From positions 62,001 to 126,000 of the forward strand of contig CP060768.1 in assembly GCA_023205875.1 (NCBI GenBank): DNA of 64,000 nt. The letters run 5' to 3'. Source of the stretch: Chloropicon primus (lineage: Eukaryota). Positions 59,248-64,000 of this stretch are shown here, piece after piece; position 1 is the stretch's first letter; every line of letters starts with the position of its first letter. Below the pieces are notes generated by a model. The model saw only the letters and a program-made list of their open reading frames with translations. It had not been told where the DNA came from and did not search any database. The translations under genes were made by a program, and so were the position numbers.

Positions 59248-60504
59248 CTAGTCCGAGTCGCTCATGTCCGTGGCCTGCTCGTCGTCCTCGCGGAGGGAGA
59301 CGGTTGGCCTGGCCATCGCAGAGTTGCCTCCGCCGGCGACCACGTGAGCCTCCGAGTTGAGCTCGGCGAGCTTGGAGACCACCTCCAGCTTCTGCTTCTG
59401 CAGCAGGACCTTGAGGGAGGAGGCCACGTCCGGGTGCTTGGCGAAGATCTCGGACAGGGGAAGCTTGGTGAAGACCTCTATGCCGTGCCTCCCCGTGTCG
59501 TCAATCGCTTTCGCTATCTTTGCCAGCTCGTACCGGAGCGGGGGGGCCTCGTGCTCCGGAAAGTTCTTCGCGATGCAGACCTTGAAGTCCTCCAGGCACC
59601 TCGAGAGCTTGTGCGCGTTGATGCTGGTCGGGGACAGCCGGTTGAGGTACTGGTCCAGGTCAGCGTTCCTCGCAGTGAACGGGACCATGCCCTTCCTGAG
59701 CTCCTTGAGCTTGCCAAGCAAGTCCGCAAAGTTGGTGGCCTTCTTCACCTTGATCCTCCACGGCAGCCTCTGCAAGCTCCAGCTCTTCTGCATGCACAAG
59801 TTGCACGTCTTCTGCTCCAGGGCGAGCAAGGCGACCTTCAGCCTGTTCACCTCGGACTGGACTTGCCTCCTGATGCCCTCCGCGGACAGGGGGGGGGAGG
59901 AGGTGGACAGGGGCTGCTGAGGCGCCGACGACGGCATCATCCGCTGGTCGGACGACGACGACGGCATCCGCTGGTCCTCTACCTGGTGGTACATGGTGGG
60001 AAGCCCCGCGGCGTTGTTGCTGAGCATCAGGTCCACCCCGAAGGGGTCCATGTTGAACCCCGGAAGGTCAAAGTTGTCCACCGGGACGTCTGGAAAGTTG
60101 TGAAGCGGCAGGGGCACCACGGCCTGGGCCTGCTGGGCCTGCTGGGCCGCCTGCCTGGCCTGAAGCGCCGACGACACCAGAGGCCTCGCCTCCTGGGCCA
60201 CGACCTCCACCGCCTTCCCCAGGTCCCCCCCCCTCACCGCTTCCGCGAACGCCGCGCTTCGCGTCAGCGCGCCGCTCAGCTGGGACACCACCATTCTGGA
60301 AGCCGATCCCGACGACGACGACGACGACGGAACAGGAGGAGGAGGAGGAGGAGGAACAGGATGCTCTTGCTGCTGCGTCGAAGCGTCCAAGCTCATTCCC
60401 GCGGGACCCAGCGAAGGCGGTGCGTCCCAGGACGACAGCACCGGACCCGAGAACGGCTGAGGCGCCGCCGTCGGGTTCGGGGTCGAGTTTGGGGTCGCCG
60501 CCAT
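59248..60504 (-). CDS. Hypothetical protein with WHIM3/WSD-like helical segment
   Basis: RLKVALLALEQK...KSWSLQRLPWRIKVKKA...LLGKLKEL resembles the helical module of DDT/BAZ/MBD9-type chromatin proteins; P/S/Q-rich N-terminus. Confidence 0.6.
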   Translation of the reverse strand: MAATPNSTPNPTAAPQPFSGPVLSSWDAPPSLGPAGMSLDASTQQQEHPVPPPPPPPVPSSSSSSGSASRMVVSQLSGALTRSAAFAEAVRGGDLGKAVEVVAQEARPLVSSALQARQAAQQAQQAQAVVPLPLHNFPDVPVDNFDLPGFNMDPFGVDLMLSNNAAGLPTMYHQVEDQRMPSSSSDQRMMPSSAPQQPLSTSSPPLSAEGIRRQVQSEVNRLKVALLALEQKTCNLCMQKSWSLQRLPWRIKVKKATNFADLLGKLKELRKGMVPFTARNADLDQYLNRLSPTSINAHKLSRCLEDFKVCIAKNFPEHEAPPLRYELAKIAKAIDDTGRHGIEVFTKLPLSEIFAKHPDVASSLKVLLQKQKLEVVSKLAELNSEAHVVAGGGNSAMARPTVSLREDDEQATDMSDSD

Positions 60505-61701
60505 AATAATAAGAAAGAAACCACCACAAAGTCAATCAATTCCCTTTACCAAGTGGATGATGATGATGATGTCGTTGTGGTTGAAGGGTTGAAGGTGTAG
60601 TGATGTTGGGGTCCACGGAAAGGTCTCGAGTCGTAGAAACGCGCCCGCTTCGTGGTTTTGTTGTTTTGTTTTTGTTTTGTCTTCTTCGTGTTTGCTCTGC
60701 TCTGCTCCGTCTGTGTCTGCCCTCGTCTCTGTCTCTGAAGGAGAGAGAGAGAGAGGAGATCTGGGATGAAGGGAAAGTGAGGAGTGATTGGGGATGATGA
60801 TGGCAACAATGACAGAGAGGGAGAGGGGAGAGAGGGAGGGAGAGAGGGTGGTTCATCATCGTGCTTGGAGGTGATCCTCCCTCCCTCTCTTTCGCTGCCT
60901 GCCTGCCTGCTCTGCTCCGTCTGTGTCTCTGAAGGAGAGAGAGAGAGAGAGAGGGAGAGAGAGGGAGAGAGAGAGAGAGGATAGGGAGCACACTTCTTCC
61001 TTCTTCCTTCTTCCTAATTCCTACTTCTTTTAGCGTTTGCGATGGGTGGGAGCCAATGCCAATGCTCTGGAGGGAAGGAATGAACGCAGGACACGGGTAA
61101 GGAAGACGCAGAGGAGAGGCGAACGATAATTCGTGGTCCTTCCTTCAGGCAGCAGCAGCAGCTCTCCTCAAAGTCGGAGTGGGCGGGTGTCTCTTTTGTT
61201 GGGAACAAGAACGAATTGACCTTTCTTGGCCACCAGAGTCGTCGTGCGCAGGTAGCTCCGAACGAAGCCCAGCAAACCTTGGTGGCGAGCATCACGACGC
61301 ACTCCGCGTTCCTCGCGACCAACACCTACCTTGGCAGCCTGTGCCAAGTGGCTAGAACTTTGTCGAAGAGGACGGAGCTGCGCGGTCCGAGCGACACGTC
61401 CGTCGTCGTGTCTCTCTGTCTTTGGATGTGGGTGTGTATCTCTATCATATCTGCCTGGTCTGGCGTCGTCGTCGTCGTCGCCACTCCCTCGAGGTGGTGA
61501 CTGACTGACTCCTTTTTTTTTTGACGGCGAGGGAGAACGAGCTCGACGGCGACGAGGAGGAGGACTGGGGCGGTGGTGGGTTTGGACCCCGACCAAGTCA
61601 CACCCTCCCAGTCCATCGATCGATCGTGTGCGAGGGCATGTTCTCCTTTCTCCTCTCCTTCTCTCGCCTGCCCTGGCGTCCGCGCGTGAGGTCGCCTCCT
61701 C

Positions 61702-61710
61702 TTTATATAG
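61702..61710 (+). promoter_or_regulatory. TATA-like element about 30 bp upstream of the tRNA
   Basis: TTTATATAG at about -34 to -26 from the tRNA 5' end, as is usual for plant/algal Pol III tRNA genes. Confidence 0.55.
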
Positions 61711-61735
61711 TGTAAAATGAGAGTAGAAATCACAT

Positions 61736-61830
61736 GCTCTCGTGGCGTAATTGGATAACGCGTTTGACTTCTATATCTTCTTACATCAAAAGATATCAAA
61801 AGATTGCGGGTTCGAGTCCCGCCGAGAGCT
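61736..61830 (+). tRNA. trnR-UCU: tRNA-Arg(UCU) with 21-nt intron at 37/38 (61774-61794)
   Basis: Acceptor GCTCTCG/CGAGAGC, D arm GCGT..ACGC, anticodon stem TTTGA/TCAAA with TCT at 61770-61772, T arm GCGGG-TTCGAGT-CCCGC. Confidence 0.95.
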
Positions 61831-61970
61831 TGATGAGGCGGATGAGGCGAAACTACAGTCGCCTCTCCTCTTGCTCCGGGAGACAAAGGTTCTGTGAGAG
61901 ACGTTAATTATACACGGTCGAGAGAGAAAGAGAGAAAGCGTAACGCCAAAGCCGCGAACGAGGCGGCCGA

Positions 61971-62250
61971 CCCCTGGCTCCTCGAAGCCACTGCAAATCA
62001 TCAAGGTGACCTCCCCGGGCTGCCCCTCTACAAGTCCTCTCGTCCAACTCGCACCCCTGGCTCCTCGAAGCCACTGCAAATCATCAAGGTGACCTCCCCG
62101 GGCTGCCCCTCTACAAGTCCTCTCGTCCAACTCGCACCCCTGGCTCCTCGAAGCCACTGCAAAACATCAAGGTGACCTCCCCGGGCTGCCCCTCTACAAG
62201 TCCTCTCGTCCAACTCGCACCCCTGGCTCCTCGAAGCCACTGCAAATCAT
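61971..62250. repeat. 83-bp tandem repeat, about 3.4 nearly identical copies
   Basis: Units start at 61971, 62054, 62137 and 62220 (CCCCTGGCTCCTCGAAGCCACTGCAAA...); one substitution in copy 3. Confidence 0.95.
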
Positions 62251-62751
62251 ACTGACTTATGTTATCCCACCGGTTTAGTGGCGACCCTACACTGGTGGAC
62301 GAGGAGAGACGCCAGCGATGGGAGGATAATGGTGTCGGGGAGGTTCGACCAGGAGGAATGTCGAGACCAGGTGGAGGCGTTCAAGCGCAAGTTCGACGAA
62401 TTCAACGACGCAGACCCCATCAATCGTTGGTCTGCCGACCAAACGTCTGACACTACGTCACAGCTCGCGACCGGCAGCACCACCTCTGCCCTCCCTAACG
62501 CTGGTGTTGCTCGAGGGTCAGCAGGGCGGGAGCTGACGTTCACCACCCAGCTACAGGGAGTGGGGCAGGGGCGTGGATCGGGGACACTGCGGGAGGTTCC
62601 TCTGGCCGGCACGGCTATGAAGGCCCTTGCAGCTACGGCTCGGCCTCTACGAACCGAGGAGGTCAAGCTCATCATCAACAAATGGCCAAGCACGAGGGCG
62701 AACGAGGAGGAAAAGAGAGAGAGAGAAAAGACGACTCAGTCCTGCCGGAAA

Positions 62752-62784
<33 letters not shown>

Positions 62785-63026
62785 TCCTTTGGTCTCCTTT
62801 CGTTTCGAGCCCTCGCACACATCCAGAGGTCTTGTGGCTCTTAGCATCATCTTCCTCCTCCTCTGCCCTTGGATCGATTTGTTCTCAAAAAAAAAGAAAA
62901 AAAAAGGTATGATTGTTGTAAAATTTCAATACGTTATATTTTGTTTGTGCAATATACTACTGACCACGCAGCGCACCTGCCTCCGCGCTCCCCCTGACCC
63001 AAACACCCCCGCCCCCATTCGTTCAT

Positions 63027-64000
63027 TCATGACTCTTGGAGCAGAAGGAGGGCCTGCGCCTCCGAGGCGATCTGCTCGTCCTCTGCCATCAGCCTCCTGG
63101 TCCTCTCGGCGCTCTCCTCGGCGCTGATGGTGTCGCCAGAGTCCTCGGAGTCCCGGGAGGTGCTGCCGCTCAGTCCGCTGCTCGCCTTTGTCCGCCCGCT
63201 CGAGGCCGAGGCGATCCCGGCGCTGGCGCCGAGGGGAAAGTTGGTGATGGCCGCAGCGCCCCTGATCTCCCTGGCCGCCTGGTCGTAGGCCAAGGCCGCC
63301 TCCTCGGCGGTGTCAAAGGTTCCCAGCCAGACCCTGCAGCCCTTGGAAGGGTCCCTGATCTCCGCGGCGAACTTGCCCCAGGGTCTCTGCCTCACGCCCC
63401 TGAACTTGGCGCTCGCCTGCTTCTTCTCCATCACCCCGGCGCTGTGCGGCCTCAGGGGGTGGGAGCCGTGGCCCTTGCTGTTCCTCCTGGCGCTCCCGAC
63501 GGAGAACCCGGTCGTCCTCTCGGGGATGGGGACGGAGCCGTAGGCCAGCTCGGCGGACGGCCTCCTTCCGCTCGCTGGGATGGCGATGGGGGCCGACTTC
63601 TCCAGGCTCTTGCCCGGGATGCAGGTCGTGAATGCGCTCGTGGGGGACACTCCGAGGGGCGTCTCGATCTTCACGCCGGCGTCGGCCTGGCTGCTGCCGT
63701 GGTGGTGGTGGTCGGCGGCAGCCATGGCGGCCGCGGGGTGGTGGTGCTTCTGGGCGGCGGAGGCCTGGGCCATCTGGGGCCACTGGGTGGTCTGCTGCTG
63801 CTGCTGCTGGTTCATCAGGCCGCTGAGGGCCCCGACCTTCTTGGCCGCGGGCTTCTTCGCCGCCTCCTGCTGGAGCTCCTGCTGCTGCTTCATCATCTGC
63901 TGCAGGAGGCCAAAGTTCACCGCGGGGTTCAGGGGGGAGAACGCCGCCGCGGCGGCCATGTGCTGCTGCTGCTGCTGCATCAGGAACGCCGGGTTCATCG
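63027..64000 (-). CDS. AP2/ERF transcription factor (5' end probably outside window)
   Basis: [20 protein letters not shown]...[26 protein letters not shown]...NFP; Q-rich N-terminal region. Confidence 0.93.
   Translation of the reverse strand, partial: MNPAFLMQQQQQHMAAAAAFSPLNPAVNFGLLQQMMKQQQELQQEAAKKPAAKKVGALSGLMNQQQQQQTTQWPQMAQASAAQKHHHPAAAMAAADHHHHGSSQADAGVKIETPLGVSPTSAFTTCIPGKSLEKSAPIAIPASGRRPSAELAYGSVPIPERTTGFSVGSARRNSKGHGSHPLRPHSAGVMEKKQASAKFRGVRQRPWGKFAAEIRDPSKGCRVWLGTFDTAEEAALAYDQAAREIRGAAAITNFPLGASAGIASASSGRTKASSGLSGSTSRDSEDSGDTISAEESAERTRRLMAEDEQIASEAQALLLLQES

Noticed and set aside
61014..61600. Short ORFs between the WHIM-like gene and the tRNA
   Set aside because: No ATG-led frame with recognisable content or supportable splice structure.
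61830..61910. C/D snoRNA in a tRNA-snoRNA dicistron
   Set aside because: Box C-like TGATGA is present but there is no box D (CTGA) or terminal stem at a suitable distance.
61971..62250. CRISPR-like array
   Set aside because: Whole units are identical with no unique spacers; no cas genes; eukaryotic context.

Overview
Eukaryotic nuclear DNA from a compact, GC-rich, intron-poor genome. Short GT-AG introns, TGTAA poly(A)-type motifs, a plastid-targeted GGPPS and AP2/ERF and S40 genes point to a small chlorophyte (Chloropicon/prasinophyte-like; this is inference). The window holds about 28 protein-coding genes, several reconstructed here across introns the ORF track misses: kinesin-14, S40, Rab2, CK1, UBAP2/GIP1-like, penta-EF-hand, PWWP-SET, mS35, NOP10, ArfGAP, GGPPS, CCDC53, double bromodomain, proteasome alpha1, CLC, CTL, OAT, TMEM144-like, CFAP161, PKG-like, TTP-like, AP2/ERF and several orphans. 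It also holds one intron-containing tRNA-Arg(UCU) and several local repeats. Top leads: (1) an ORF-free, hairpin-rich locus after NOP10 carrying a CTAAAACCTAAAACC telomere-template-like motif (candidate telomerase RNA or other structured ncRNA); (2) a kinesin-14 fused to a CEP164-type WW module; (3) a PH + 4xCNB cGMP-kinase with a Thr gatekeeper; (4) a tail-to-tail pair of ciliary inner-protein genes. All family calls come from motif recognition by eye; no searches were run.
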